A stretch of 20,000 bases of DNA from an uncultured virus (IMG/VR IMGVR_UViG_3300027763_002034) (lineage: Duplodnaviria; Heunggongvirae; Uroviricota; Caudoviricetes), in the IMG/VR virus record IMGVR_UViG_3300027763_002034, positions 51,515 to 71,514 of that record. One strand, given 5' to 3'. Positions 1 to 8,981 of the stretch are shown in pieces. Below the pieces are notes generated by a model that made no database searches, was not told the DNA's origin, and was given only the letters and a program-made list of their open reading frames with translations. The first letter of the stretch is position 1. Every line of letters starts with the position of its first letter. A program made the translations under genes and the position numbers.

Positions 1-562
1 CAAGTTGGAATATAGGTTCTTTAGGATTTCCTGGTAGATGTGTTAAAACACGAATAGCATTATCTTTGTCGATAGGATATTTACGAGAACTATATTTTAA
101 TAATGGCCAAATTGCTCTTAATAGACCACCTTGATTTTCACCTGGTGTTAACCAAATTTTTCCCTCAACCATCATATCTGCCGCAATTTCCTTTGTGTCT
201 TCATTAACCCATCCTCTTTGTCCTGTAACAGTTACTTCCACATTGATACAAATTTCATCCCCAATCCACATCCCTTGTTGAGGACATATTATGGAATAAA
301 TCCTACCTTCATTGGTGTATCCTATTCTAGAAATATAAGGAGCAAATTGTACATAACAACGCTTTGGGTCCTTTTCTCCATTTAGGGTATTCCAACTAAA
401 CATTGGCCATTTAACACCCCATTGTCTTTGTAGTAAATTAATGTTATCCATATTACCCAACATAGGTAATGAAGTTAAATCCGTAGTAGGATATAACATT
501 TTCTTTTGTTTTTCAGATGGAAAGCCACCTTGCCATCCCGTAGGAATTTGTTCTTCTATCAT
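1..562 (-). CDS. Hypothetical protein, 3' end runs off the window (absent from the supplied ORF track)
   Basis: Manual translation from ATG at 562 (MIEEQIPTGWQGGFPSEKQKKMLYPTTDLTSLPMLGNMDNINLLQRQWGVKWP...RIYSIICPQQG...) is open to position 1 and has an A-rich leader. Confidence 0.85.
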   Translation of the reverse strand, partial: MIEEQIPTGWQGGFPSEKQKKMLYPTTDLTSLPMLGNMDNINLLQRQWGVKWPMFSWNTLNGEKDPKRCYVQFAPYISRIGYTNEGRIYSIICPQQGMWIGDEICINVEVTVTGQRGWVNEDTKEIAADMMVEGKIWLTPGENQGGLLRAIWPLLKYSSRKYPIDKDNAIRVLTHLPGNPKEPIFQL

Positions 563-581
563 ATTGTATTTTGTTTTATAT

Positions 582-848
582 TTATTTTTTATTTATTAAT
601 TCTTCAACATACTTATCCCTTTGTTCTTGAAGATATTTGGTTCTCTCAAGTAATCTTGTTCTTTCGTCGTCGGTTAATTTTAAAACTAATGTTTCCTTCT
701 CATCTACCATTTTCTTGTATTCATTAATTTGATTACTGAAATTGACGTTTTGATAATACAATATACCTACCAATAAAATGATGGTAAATGATTGTTCTTT
801 TAATTTAGTAAAAAATACGTCTGTCCCGTTTTGTGATTGTCCCGCCAT
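582..848 (-). CDS. Small membrane protein with one TM segment and a C-terminal coiled coil
   Basis: 88 aa; hydrophobic FTIILLVGILYY followed by a charged helical tail; TATTTATA motif upstream. Confidence 0.75.
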   Translation of the reverse strand: MAGQSQNGTDVFFTKLKEQSFTIILLVGILYYQNVNFSNQINEYKKMVDEKETLVLKLTDDERTRLLERTKYLQEQRDKYVEELINKK

Positions 849-860
849 AAAATACTTTAA

Positions 861-868
861 TATAAATA
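861..868 (-). promoter_or_regulatory. Putative phage promoter motif TATTTATA
   Basis: Lies between the terminator at 872-897 and the 848 start. The same octamer occurs at 9069-9076, upstream of the long minus-strand operon. Confidence 0.4.
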
Positions 869-871
869 CAC

Positions 872-897
872 AAAAAAGGGAGTTTTTAACTCCCTTT
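872..897 (-). terminator. Rho-independent terminator
   Basis: Minus strand reads AAAGGGAGTT-AAA-AACTCCCTTT-TTT directly after the stop of 901..1149. Confidence 0.85.
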
Positions 898-900
898 CAT

Positions 901-1149
901 TTAACCTTCCGTTTCGTCTTTCTTTTTGTGAGAGAATTTATCCAAAGTATCAGCACCCATTCCAATTCCCGTGATTAACATTACCGCATTCACCAATTCA
1001 GGTGATGGGGCAAAATCCGCGTGAGAGAACGAATTTAACATCATTGTTATACATAGGAATAATGCACCTATCATTGCTATTACCGGTTTTACCGATATTG
1101 ATCCTCTTTCGTCTTTGAAAATTTCAACTACCCATTCTTTAAAGTTCAT
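901..1149 (-). CDS. Two-TM small membrane protein, holin-like
   Basis: 82 aa; DERGSISVK followed by two hydrophobic helices and a highly charged C-terminus (KKKDETEG). Confidence 0.6.
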   Translation of the reverse strand: MNFKEWVVEIFKDERGSISVKPVIAMIGALFLCITMMLNSFSHADFAPSPELVNAVMLITGIGMGADTLDKFSHKKKDETEG

Positions 1150-1174
1150 AATTATTATTTTTTGTCTTGTTTAT

Positions 1175-1747
1175 TTATCCCTCAACGTCTTCACGTAAAA
1201 GTCCACATTTTTGACACTCCTCGTGTCCATCATGGTCAGAATCTCCCCACTCATGTACACATTGTCTGTGAGCGTGATGTTCAAATTCCAATTTTTCCAT
1301 TTCTTGTTCATGTTCTTGTTGGTCTTTTTCCAACTCAAAATTTTGTTGGTTTTCAACTACAGCCAATTCTCTCGCAGCTTGAGCTCCTTGAACAAATGCA
1401 TCAGGAATAATCGGTGTAAATGGTTTGTTACTTTCCTTTATGTCATTAACACTACCCAATGATACACCATCTTCCTCATCCATTTTTTGAACTAACATTT
1501 TGTCCTTATCAGTATCACTAAACCAGTAATCTATGATTTTACCATAACTACCAATAAATGCACCTAACAATAATAAAAGTAATTCCTTCCATTCAGCCGC
1601 CATTGGGGTTTTCAATGCGATTGCTGTAAACATACCTGCAATTATCATCATAAAACCTCCCAACACCATTGCAGATATGAACCATCTGCGTTGCATCATT
1701 GAGTTTAATAATTCTTTAAATCCACTTGGCGGTTGTTGATTACTCAT
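1175..1747 (-). CDS. Two-TM membrane protein (holin-like N-terminus) with a His/Cys-rich C-terminal tail
   Basis: 190 aa; two TM helices ending GAFIGSYGKIIDYWF; tail HHAHRQCVHEWGDSDHDGHEECQKCG. Confidence 0.7.
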   Translation of the reverse strand: MSNQQPPSGFKELLNSMMQRRWFISAMVLGGFMMIIAGMFTAIALKTPMAAEWKELLLLLLGAFIGSYGKIIDYWFSDTDKDKMLVQKMDEEDGVSLGSVNDIKESNKPFTPIIPDAFVQGAQAARELAVVENQQNFELEKDQQEHEQEMEKLEFEHHAHRQCVHEWGDSDHDGHEECQKCGLLREDVEG

Positions 1748-1828
1748 CTTTTTTTAATTTAAAACTATATCTTATTAAAAACGTTAATAATCCAATAAAG
1801 AATATTACCGTTCCTATTTGATAGTATA

Positions 1829-2140
1829 TTACCATTTAGGTGCTTCTTCTTTAAACTCATCACCTTCTTTCTTCTTAGGTTTTGCAACTGGTTGAGCTGG
1901 TTTACCGTCACCACCTTTATTGATGATTATAGTTTTACCTCCACCCGCTTGCTGAGTTTGAGTGTTTTGAATGTTGATTACAGGTGCCGCTTGTTGAACG
2001 GGAGCCTCTTTTTCGTCACCACCTGTTAATTTTGTTGTAAACCAACCACCAACACCTAATGTGATAGTGCTTACTAATCCGATAATAATGTTCTTAATTG
2101 AACCACCGGTACTTTCTGATTTTTCTTGTTCTTCTGCCAT
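1829..2140 (-). CDS. Single-TM protein with a low-complexity Q/P/G/K tail
   Basis: 103 aa; IIIGLVSTITLGVGGWF TM segment; same orientation as the neighbouring genes. Confidence 0.75.
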   Translation of the reverse strand: MAEEQEKSESTGGSIKNIIIGLVSTITLGVGGWFTTKLTGGDEKEAPVQQAAPVINIQNTQTQQAGGGKTIIINKGGDGKPAQPVAKPKKKEGDEFKEEAPKW

Positions 2141-2172
2141 AATTTTGTGTTTTTTGTCTTTATATAATTATC

Positions 2173-2538
2173 TTAAATTTTATTAAAGTCCGTTATTGTT
2201 AACATATTACCTGCGGCGTCATATAAAGCGATTCTATACGCTGAGGACGGTAAAGCGGATGTATACACCCTTAAAATGTTATCACCAACCTTAACTTCAC
2301 TTGTTGATTTTGATACGATTCTATTAGAAATATCAAATATTTTAACGGTTACGGTTTGATTTACATCACTTTTTATGTTCATAGCAACCTCACTTGTTAC
2401 AAATGGAGTTTCTAATTTTAACCCCACTGAACTTGAGATTTTAAGGTTGTCACTAATCACCTGTGGCATTGGGGTATCGTTTTTTCTACACCCAACCAAT
2501 AAGATTAGTCCAAAGAGTACGAGAGATACTTTTTTCAT
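2173..2538 (-). CDS. Lipoprotein consisting of a T9SS C-terminal-sorting-domain-like Ig fold
   Basis: Signal MKKVSLVLFGLILLVG-C; mature part VTVKIFDISNRIV...GDNILRVYTSALPSSAYRI matches the Por/T9SS CTD pattern. Confidence 0.7.
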   Translation of the reverse strand: MKKVSLVLFGLILLVGCRKNDTPMPQVISDNLKISSSVGLKLETPFVTSEVAMNIKSDVNQTVTVKIFDISNRIVSKSTSEVKVGDNILRVYTSALPSSAYRIALYDAAGNMLTITDFNKI

Positions 2539-2550
2539 TTTTTGTCTTGT

Positions 2551-2898
2551 TTAATTTATAATTATTCTTGTTTTACCTATCTGTTGATTATTTTGGTCTT
2601 TTAATACGACACTTAGGTTTTTTGTCGGTAAGGTATTAGTAAATATTTTAAGAGAGTTTAATCCTACTTTACCAGTAAATCTTTCCCTTGATACTACTTG
2701 GTTTTGAGCCGTATCAATCATTGTTAAAGTGTATACTCCTCCTGTAGTTAAATTAATATTAATAACATCCCCGTTTTTAACCGTGTTTTCGGACACACTA
2801 AAAAATTCTTTGTTATTGATTGACACAACGGGCGCCGAAGGTTCTATTTTTTTACACCCTACTAAAGTCAATACTAATATGAATAATATCTTTTTCAT
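2551..2898 (-). CDS. Lipoprotein, likely paralog of 2173..2538 (T9SS-CTD-like)
   Basis: Signal MKKILFILVLTLVG-C; NQVVSRERFTGKVGLNSLKIFTNTLP aligns with NRIVSKSTSEVKVGDNILRVYTSALP of the neighbour. Confidence 0.7.
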   Translation of the reverse strand: MKKILFILVLTLVGCKKIEPSAPVVSINNKEFFSVSENTVKNGDVININLTTGGVYTLTMIDTAQNQVVSRERFTGKVGLNSLKIFTNTLPTKNLSVVLKDQNNQQIGKTRIIIN

Positions 2899-3791
2899 TA
2901 AAATTGAAAGTTTGTTCCTATCATAAACATTATTGGGTTACTCTTTTTATAACCAACTGACTCACTTAGTTTATCCCAAGTTTTATTAAATCTGATATTA
3001 GTATTCAAAATAAATCTTTTAGTTATTTTCCAATCCATAGATGTACCATAATATAAGTCCAAATTGAAATCGTCTAAGTACGCTAAATCGGATGACGTTC
3101 CATCTTTGAAATCTTTATAGATATCACTCATAGCAAATACTTGTGGTGAGATATTAACTAACTTTGTTTTGAATGTATACGTATACATCATCATACCTTT
3201 ATAAGTTATTTGACTTGACGATGGAACCATTGGATAAATTAAATCTACAAAATTACCGTTTGCACCAACCGTATATTTTCCTTCCCACGTACCTTCATAT
3301 GACCCCCAAAATGATTTTGACGCAATTAAACTATAACCAAATGTTCCAAACTTTTTAGTTCTAAATACATCTATGAATGATAAGGTAATATCTTTTTGGA
3401 AATTAAAATCGGTTGAATAGAATGATTGTAATGTAGTAGTTCTTGTATTCGTATTTCTACTAAAACCATATCCTACTCCATAATAATTCCATATCGGATT
3501 TATTGATGATGTGAATGAGTGACCCCATTTACCATTATTTGATGTTTTACTATATCCTAAATTTAAGGTAGTAGATACTTGCTTTCCAATTATACCTACT
3601 GAAAGGTTTGAAGATGAAAGAACATCTTTTGAAAAATCAATATACGACTCTAATATACCTAAATTATTCCAATCACCACTTTCTCCAAATAATTCTTTTG
3701 GTGATAGTTGTAATGTATCAGGTTTTACGATTTGTGCGTTTGCAACAAATCCAATTAAAACTAACGATATAATTAATAATATTTTTTTCAC
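2898..3791 (-). CDS. Putative outer-membrane beta-barrel protein
   Basis: Signal peptide ending ANA-Q; many alternating aromatic/Gly beta-strands; C-terminal MIGTNFQF resembles a BAM beta-signal. Confidence 0.65.
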   Translation of the reverse strand: MKKILLIISLVLIGFVANAQIVKPDTLQLSPKELFGESGDWNNLGILESYIDFSKDVLSSSNLSVGIIGKQVSTTLNLGYSKTSNNGKWGHSFTSSINPIWNYYGVGYGFSRNTNTRTTTLQSFYSTDFNFQKDITLSFIDVFRTKKFGTFGYSLIASKSFWGSYEGTWEGKYTVGANGNFVDLIYPMVPSSSQITYKGMMMYTYTFKTKLVNISPQVFAMSDIYKDFKDGTSSDLAYLDDFNLDLYYGTSMDWKITKRFILNTNIRFNKTWDKLSESVGYKKSNPIMFMIGTNFQF

Positions 3792-3796
3792 TTATA

Positions 3797-4081
3797 TTAT
3801 AAATTTAATAGTTTATTTTTCATCTCTTTGTAAAAAGCCGATTCAACATTCCACATCATAAGGCTATCTTTTCGTTTATTTTCACCATTACATAACCATT
3901 CTTCACTTGCAATATCATCTATTTGGTATGCCACTTCTATAAATTCTTCTTCTTCCGTATATTGCCAATTATTAGAAGGGTTAGGATGAATCCAACTAAA
4001 ACACTTAACATTTACGATTTTATATTTTCCACCTTTAATGATAAAATTTTTCATTTCATCATATCCAAAATTAATTTCCAT
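3797..4081 (-). CDS. Hypothetical cytoplasmic protein
   Basis: 94-aa ORF that fills the gap between two secreted-protein genes with 5-nt spacers; no signal peptide. Confidence 0.65.
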   Translation of the reverse strand: MEINFGYDEMKNFIIKGGKYKIVNVKCFSWIHPNPSNNWQYTEEEEFIEVAYQIDDIASEEWLCNGENKRKDSLMMWNVESAFYKEMKNKLLNL

Positions 4082-4086
4082 AATTT

Positions 4087-6684
4087 TTAATTTATTTTTA
4101 TTTTTAATGTTTTTCCATCTTTATTAACTGCGTCCGTTGAACCTATTGAAATTAAACCCAATATGTTATCCAATTTTGTGTTTGACGAAAATGAAATCTT
4201 ATATGTTGTTGTCTTATCTAAACTTGTACTACCATCACTCACCAAAGAACCTAAATTAATGTAATTACCCTTGTTGGTTGCATAGTTGGTAGGTGAACCT
4301 TTTGTGGTAAATTGTATTCCTTTAAAATTTAAGACCGAATTATCATAGTTTAATTGAAATTGAGTTCCTACCACGTTTTGTTGTAATGGGTCAAATGTGA
4401 TGTAAGCATAAACACTATCACCAATTACTTCTGTTATTATAGATGCGTTAATATCGGTTGATATGGAGGTACTCATTGATGTTCTAACCGACATTGTCGT
4501 AATATTATTTGATGGTGGTGTTGCTGAATGTGATAAGTTTACATCACCTTTCCAACTAACCGCTAAATCATAGTTATAACTTATTACATCATCTAATAAA
4601 CTGAATGAGTATGTTTTTCCTTTATATGATGTGAATGAACTCCACGTTGACTTACCTATTAAATTATAGATTGAGTCCGGTATTACTTTTATTGTATTGT
4701 CTAATGTGTAACTACTAACTAAGTTTTGAGTACCTGTTAGATTTTGTAATAATTTGAAACAATCTGCTTCGTTAAAATATCCATCATCATTTACATCTGC
4801 ATTTATATACTGAATACCATATGTAAATTCATTTCCACTTTGATTTCCAAATATACCACCATTTGCCAATTCCTTAAATGCCAAATAAACATCCGATACC
4901 GTTACAACACTATTATATAAAGTTCTCAATTGAACACTATCATATTCATTCAATTCCATTCTATGTTGTTTGTATGTACCTAATTGTGTAAATCCAAATT
5001 CCGCTTTTACCCCATAAAATCCATTTGCACTTCTTAAACTTGATGTATATGATGAACCCGTATAATTAAATTGCGTCGGTGTATAAACATAATATTCAGC
5101 CCAACCATTTGGGTCATATGAATTAAATGTTACTGCACCATTCCATAAATCAAATAATTTTAATTTAGTTACATTACTCGGTGTTATATTTGTTCCTATA
5201 AATTCTCTTGCATCAACACCAATTCTATATCTACCATTTGATGCATCATAATCATAAATTACACACCATTCAACTTGACCAGGAGATGTAGTTGCTTTAT
5301 ATGACATTGGTGCCGATACAAATTGATAACTTAAATCCCAACCACCCCAATCAGATGTTGTTATACCATTACGGGTTGATGCGGTATAATTATTTTTTCC
5401 TTCAACTACTTTAATATAAATTTCTTTTGTTTGTCCAATTGTTAAAACTCCAGCATGTACAGCCATGGCAGGAATATAAGAGTCGTTTGTGTAAATATCA
5501 GTTCCCCATCCACCACCACTTGCACCGGTTACGGTCATTTTATATATTTTACCGATATCTGCAGTAGTGAATTGTGTCATATCACTTACTCCATTTAAAG
5601 GTATTGCAACTGACGTGAATATTTGTGCAGTATCTATTTGGTTTGAAAGATATACTTTACCCAAACCACTTAATGATTTATATCCATCTGCTGCAGTCCA
5701 ATTAGATGTGTTATCGTTTCTTTTGAATATTTGAGCGGTGAATTTAGTTTTATCAATTGAACTATTAAACTTAAATCCAAATAGTGCTTTTATAGTTTGT
5801 CCGTTTGAGTGAGCAACACTATTAGTATAAAATTCAGTAAATGTTGCATCATCAGGATTACTCCAAGTCCCATATTCAATTACATAAGCACAACTAAAGT
5901 TATTTGGTAAATCATTCCATTGAGTGCCACCACCCCATTTAGTTACTGCGTAATCTTCGTTACCACTATTGTTTGGTTCACCACCTGCCCAGTTATTATA
6001 TTGACCTGGAATGTTTCCGTTTGTTTGTCCATTGTTAATTTTAATCAGAGTTCCTTTTTCAGGTCCAGCATCTATTGTCCATCTAGCTTCACTTACTTCA
6101 TCGGTTAATGCAAACCAAATATTTGATTGAGGTACATTATTATAAATAAATGCATCTTCATCTGCAGAAGTAATTGTTACCAAATATCCTGTCTGTCCTT
6201 TGAATGTTGTTTGCAATGCTGCGGCTCTTGCTACTGTGTAATATGCTCCAGTTGATACGGGTTTGTAAAAGTGTCCGTTTACACCATTAAAATAATATCC
6301 CGTTGGGTTTACAGTTGCAGCCACTGAAATATTAATATCTCCCGTTATTGTTCCTGTGTTTATCTTTAATGTTGCTAATGCTGTATTGATACTAGCCATT
6401 GTTCCAGTTACCACCAAACGAGTTTTATTACCACTTAAAGTAAATCCACTTGCAGCAGTTAAACCTGTTGTTGTTCCTAAAGAAAATGTTGTACCGGATG
6501 GAGGATTAACTAAACTGATTGAAGTTAGTAAAGTTGCTGTTGTACTAAATCCAGTTAATTCAAATCCACTAGCGTCTTGTCCTGTGGTATTCACAGTAAA
6601 TGATTTAGGGTCTGGTGCCGTTACTGACTGACCAAACCCTAAAAATGATATAAATAAAAATAATACTATTAATAGTTTCTTCAT
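4087..6684 (-). CDS. Large secreted modular protein: C-type lectin, LCCL, dockerin-like and C-terminal cohesin-like domains
   Basis: Signal peptide (GFG-Q). CTL motifs NGHFY, GYLVTITSADE, YNNWAGGEPNN, WNDL. LCCL motif WGTDIYTNDSYIPAMAVHAG. EF-hand ADVNDDGYFNEAD. Cohesin-like VVGTQFQLNYDNSVLNF. Confidence 0.8.
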   Translation of the reverse strand: MKKLLIVLFLFISFLGFGQSVTAPDPKSFTVNTTGQDASGFELTGFSTTATLLTSISLVNPPSGTTFSLGTTTGLTAASGFTLSGNKTRLVVTGTMASINTALATLKINTGTITGDINISVAATVNPTGYYFNGVNGHFYKPVSTGAYYTVARAAALQTTFKGQTGYLVTITSADEDAFIYNNVPQSNIWFALTDEVSEARWTIDAGPEKGTLIKINNGQTNGNIPGQYNNWAGGEPNNSGNEDYAVTKWGGGTQWNDLPNNFSCAYVIEYGTWSNPDDATFTEFYTNSVAHSNGQTIKALFGFKFNSSIDKTKFTAQIFKRNDNTSNWTAADGYKSLSGLGKVYLSNQIDTAQIFTSVAIPLNGVSDMTQFTTADIGKIYKMTVTGASGGGWGTDIYTNDSYIPAMAVHAGVLTIGQTKEIYIKVVEGKNNYTASTRNGITTSDWGGWDLSYQFVSAPMSYKATTSPGQVEWCVIYDYDASNGRYRIGVDAREFIGTNITPSNVTKLKLFDLWNGAVTFNSYDPNGWAEYYVYTPTQFNYTGSSYTSSLRSANGFYGVKAEFGFTQLGTYKQHRMELNEYDSVQLRTLYNSVVTVSDVYLAFKELANGGIFGNQSGNEFTYGIQYINADVNDDGYFNEADCFKLLQNLTGTQNLVSSYTLDNTIKVIPDSIYNLIGKSTWSSFTSYKGKTYSFSLLDDVISYNYDLAVSWKGDVNLSHSATPPSNNITTMSVRTSMSTSISTDINASIITEVIGDSVYAYITFDPLQQNVVGTQFQLNYDNSVLNFKGIQFTTKGSPTNYATNKGNYINLGSLVSDGSTSLDKTTTYKISFSSNTKLDNILGLISIGSTDAVNKDGKTLKIKIN

Positions 6685-6687
6685 AAA

Positions 6688-8331
6688 TTATTCAACAATC
6701 AAATTAATCTTGTTTCCGTTTCCATCAACCGCGTCAGCTAAAACTGTATAGAATAAACCTGCGGTATTTGTTATGGTTTCTTTTGGTATAAAAGTTAATT
6801 TATATGGTGTTCCTATTTTAATTCTTGCTGTTTTTGTTTGATCCATAGAACCAAATGTTAATCTACCATCTCCGTTTGTTGAGAAGTTAGTTACACTTGG
6901 ACCCGCATCAAATGAGATATTATCAAATGTTAATTTTGTATTGTCGTATTGTAAGATTACTTCTAATCCCGCCAATCCATCTTTTGTTAATGTTCCTGTT
7001 AATACTACTTTACCATTAACTATTGTAGAATTTAATCCTAATGTTGCCTTTTCTGATGTTGGTGTATATGCCATTGATTGAACTGCAAATGATTTAATTG
7101 TTGTACCATCTTTTATTGAATTAAAGTATGTACCAGCTGCAATTCTACTTGCAATCTCAGTTGGGTCAGATGAATGAGACCAATCCAAATCTCCACCCCA
7201 AGCATAAACCATATCTACCGCTTGATTTGAAGATGTTACTTTTGTTTTATAAGTAGGAACACCATCTAACCAACTTTGATTTAATAATCCACTAAACCAT
7301 TTGTATAATCCACTATTTGTACTTAATGGAACCCATGCCTTTTCTTTTACATCAATACCCATCACATATGCAAACATATAATATGAATCACTCTCACTAA
7401 ATGTAGTTTTATCTTTTGTAATTTGAGCTATATTCTTTTGTAATGTTGGTCTTGTAAAATATGTTGGAGTACCTGTTAAATCTACTTGTGAAATACCTAA
7501 AAATGCTTTATATGCGTCCGATACTGTGATGATGTTATTCATAAACGACTTCCCTGTTGCTCCATACATCCATAATGCTAAACTATCACCTACTTTAACT
7601 CCCGATGTGAATGTTGCCTCACCACTTGCGTCCAATACTTTAGTCGCAATTGGTGTTACCGTAAAATCAATAGTACCATCCGTTTTTATTGGAAATAACG
7701 CAACACTATGTGCTGTAATATCGTATCCTGTTGGGAATAATACCCTTACTTTGAATTGAGATGTGTTACCCGTTACATTTGATAAAGACATTGTGCCTGG
7801 ATCAGTTGTAATTGGTGTGATATATGCACTCGCAGCGTCAATTGAATATGATAAGTCCAATTTATGAATGTTTGTGTATTCACCTAAATCTTTAATTACA
7901 TATTTTTGAGTTGCTATATCTCCGTTGATTGATGCATCCGTTCTTTGAACAGTTAATTGACCTGCGTTCCAATCTGAATTAGTTGCGTATCCCCAAGGTG
8001 TCGCACCATATTGAGCATATAAACTTGTTGCGGTAATACTATTTGCAGTACTTGCGGTAAACTTATAAGATGACCAACTTGTATAGAATGTTTGAACTGA
8101 TGTTCCTTGTGAGAACGTTGTTGAGACATATGCAAGTGCTTTGTTATTATAGTTATATCTTAACCAAAAATAACGAGGAGTTGTTGTGCCTCTAGCAACC
8201 GTATACTTTACCGAAACCGTATCACCAACCTTTAACCCTGTTGTTGGTGTTACAGATTGGTTAACCGTTAATTGCGCATTTGTTGCTATGGATATTACTA
8301 GTATTCCAAGTAGCGTTAATAATTTTTTCAT
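6688..8331 (-). CDS. Secreted protein with N- and C-terminal cohesin-like domains and a degenerate dockerin-like region
   Basis: Signal peptide (TNA-Q); VGDTVSV...LRYNYNNKAL; ITVSDAY; WGGDLDWSHS; LAGLEVILQYDNTKLTFDNI. The C-terminal half resembles that of 4087..6684. Confidence 0.75.
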   Translation of the reverse strand: MKKLLTLLGILVISIATNAQLTVNQSVTPTTGLKVGDTVSVKYTVARGTTTPRYFWLRYNYNNKALAYVSTTFSQGTSVQTFYTSWSSYKFTASTANSITATSLYAQYGATPWGYATNSDWNAGQLTVQRTDASINGDIATQKYVIKDLGEYTNIHKLDLSYSIDAASAYITPITTDPGTMSLSNVTGNTSQFKVRVLFPTGYDITAHSVALFPIKTDGTIDFTVTPIATKVLDASGEATFTSGVKVGDSLALWMYGATGKSFMNNIITVSDAYKAFLGISQVDLTGTPTYFTRPTLQKNIAQITKDKTTFSESDSYYMFAYVMGIDVKEKAWVPLSTNSGLYKWFSGLLNQSWLDGVPTYKTKVTSSNQAVDMVYAWGGDLDWSHSSDPTEIASRIAAGTYFNSIKDGTTIKSFAVQSMAYTPTSEKATLGLNSTIVNGKVVLTGTLTKDGLAGLEVILQYDNTKLTFDNISFDAGPSVTNFSTNGDGRLTFGSMDQTKTARIKIGTPYKLTFIPKETITNTAGLFYTVLADAVDGNGNKINLIVE

Positions 8332-8333
8332 AG

Positions 8334-8981
8334 TTACTTTTCAAATAATTTGGTTATTAGTTTATCTGCCGACTTTTTCAAAGCATTACTTAAAGATGTT
8401 TGATTGAATTGACCACCTTCATCCACGATTAATGTTGACATGGATATTTCTGAAGATGATTCTTCTACCATTATTTCTTTTTCTTTCTTACCATCCTTAT
8501 ATAAAATTCCTTTCATACGAATGACAACTTCTTCTTCATTTTTGTGAAAAACCGAAATGTTCTTTTTTGTTGTAAGAACGTCTAAATAAACGATTTGAAC
8601 TTTTAATTTGTACGGAGCCGACGGTGTCAAATCATACCCCTTCTCTTGTAAGAATTCTTCCAATGTGTTTTTAACACCGAAAGCTAAATTTCTATTACCT
8701 GCCAATTTACCCATCTTAACTTCATTGGTAACACTTTCAACCCAAATATGGTCTTCAGCATTGTATAATATATTTTCAGGTGAGTTCTTGAACGTACCGT
8801 CAATCCTCCACATAATCCAATTTGACACATCTCTTGTTATTTCTCTTTGACCTGAAAATTCCAAAACCGCCATTGATATCGCAAACAAAAGTGCGAATAT
8901 AATCCATAATAAAAACAAGGATAAAAATACCTGTGCTAATTTTTCTTTAATGTTAACCGATAATGTTCTTAATTTTTCCAT
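8334..8981 (-). CDS. Membrane-anchored alpha/beta envelope protein, possibly distantly CsgG/TolB-N-like
   Basis: ATG at 8981 preferred over the GTG at 9014. N-terminal TM, then GNRNLAFGVKNTLEEFL helix, beta-strands and a C-terminal LSNALKKSADKLI helix. The fold assignment is tentative. Confidence 0.6.
   Translation of the reverse strand: MEKLRTLSVNIKEKLAQVFLSLFLLWIIFALLFAISMAVLEFSGQREITRDVSNWIMWRIDGTFKNSPENILYNAEDHIWVESVTNEVKMGKLAGNRNLAFGVKNTLEEFLQEKGYDLTPSAPYKLKVQIVYLDVLTTKKNISVFHKNEEEVVIRMKGILYKDGKKEKEIMVEESSSEISMSTLIVDEGGQFNQTSLSNALKKSADKLITKLFEK

Noticed and set aside
506..8850. Short ORFs at 506, 778, 1162, 1171, 1211, 2729, 3173, 5920, 6356, 7526, 7953, 8186 and 8608
   Set aside because: They overlap longer, coherent minus-strand genes in antisense or alternative frames.
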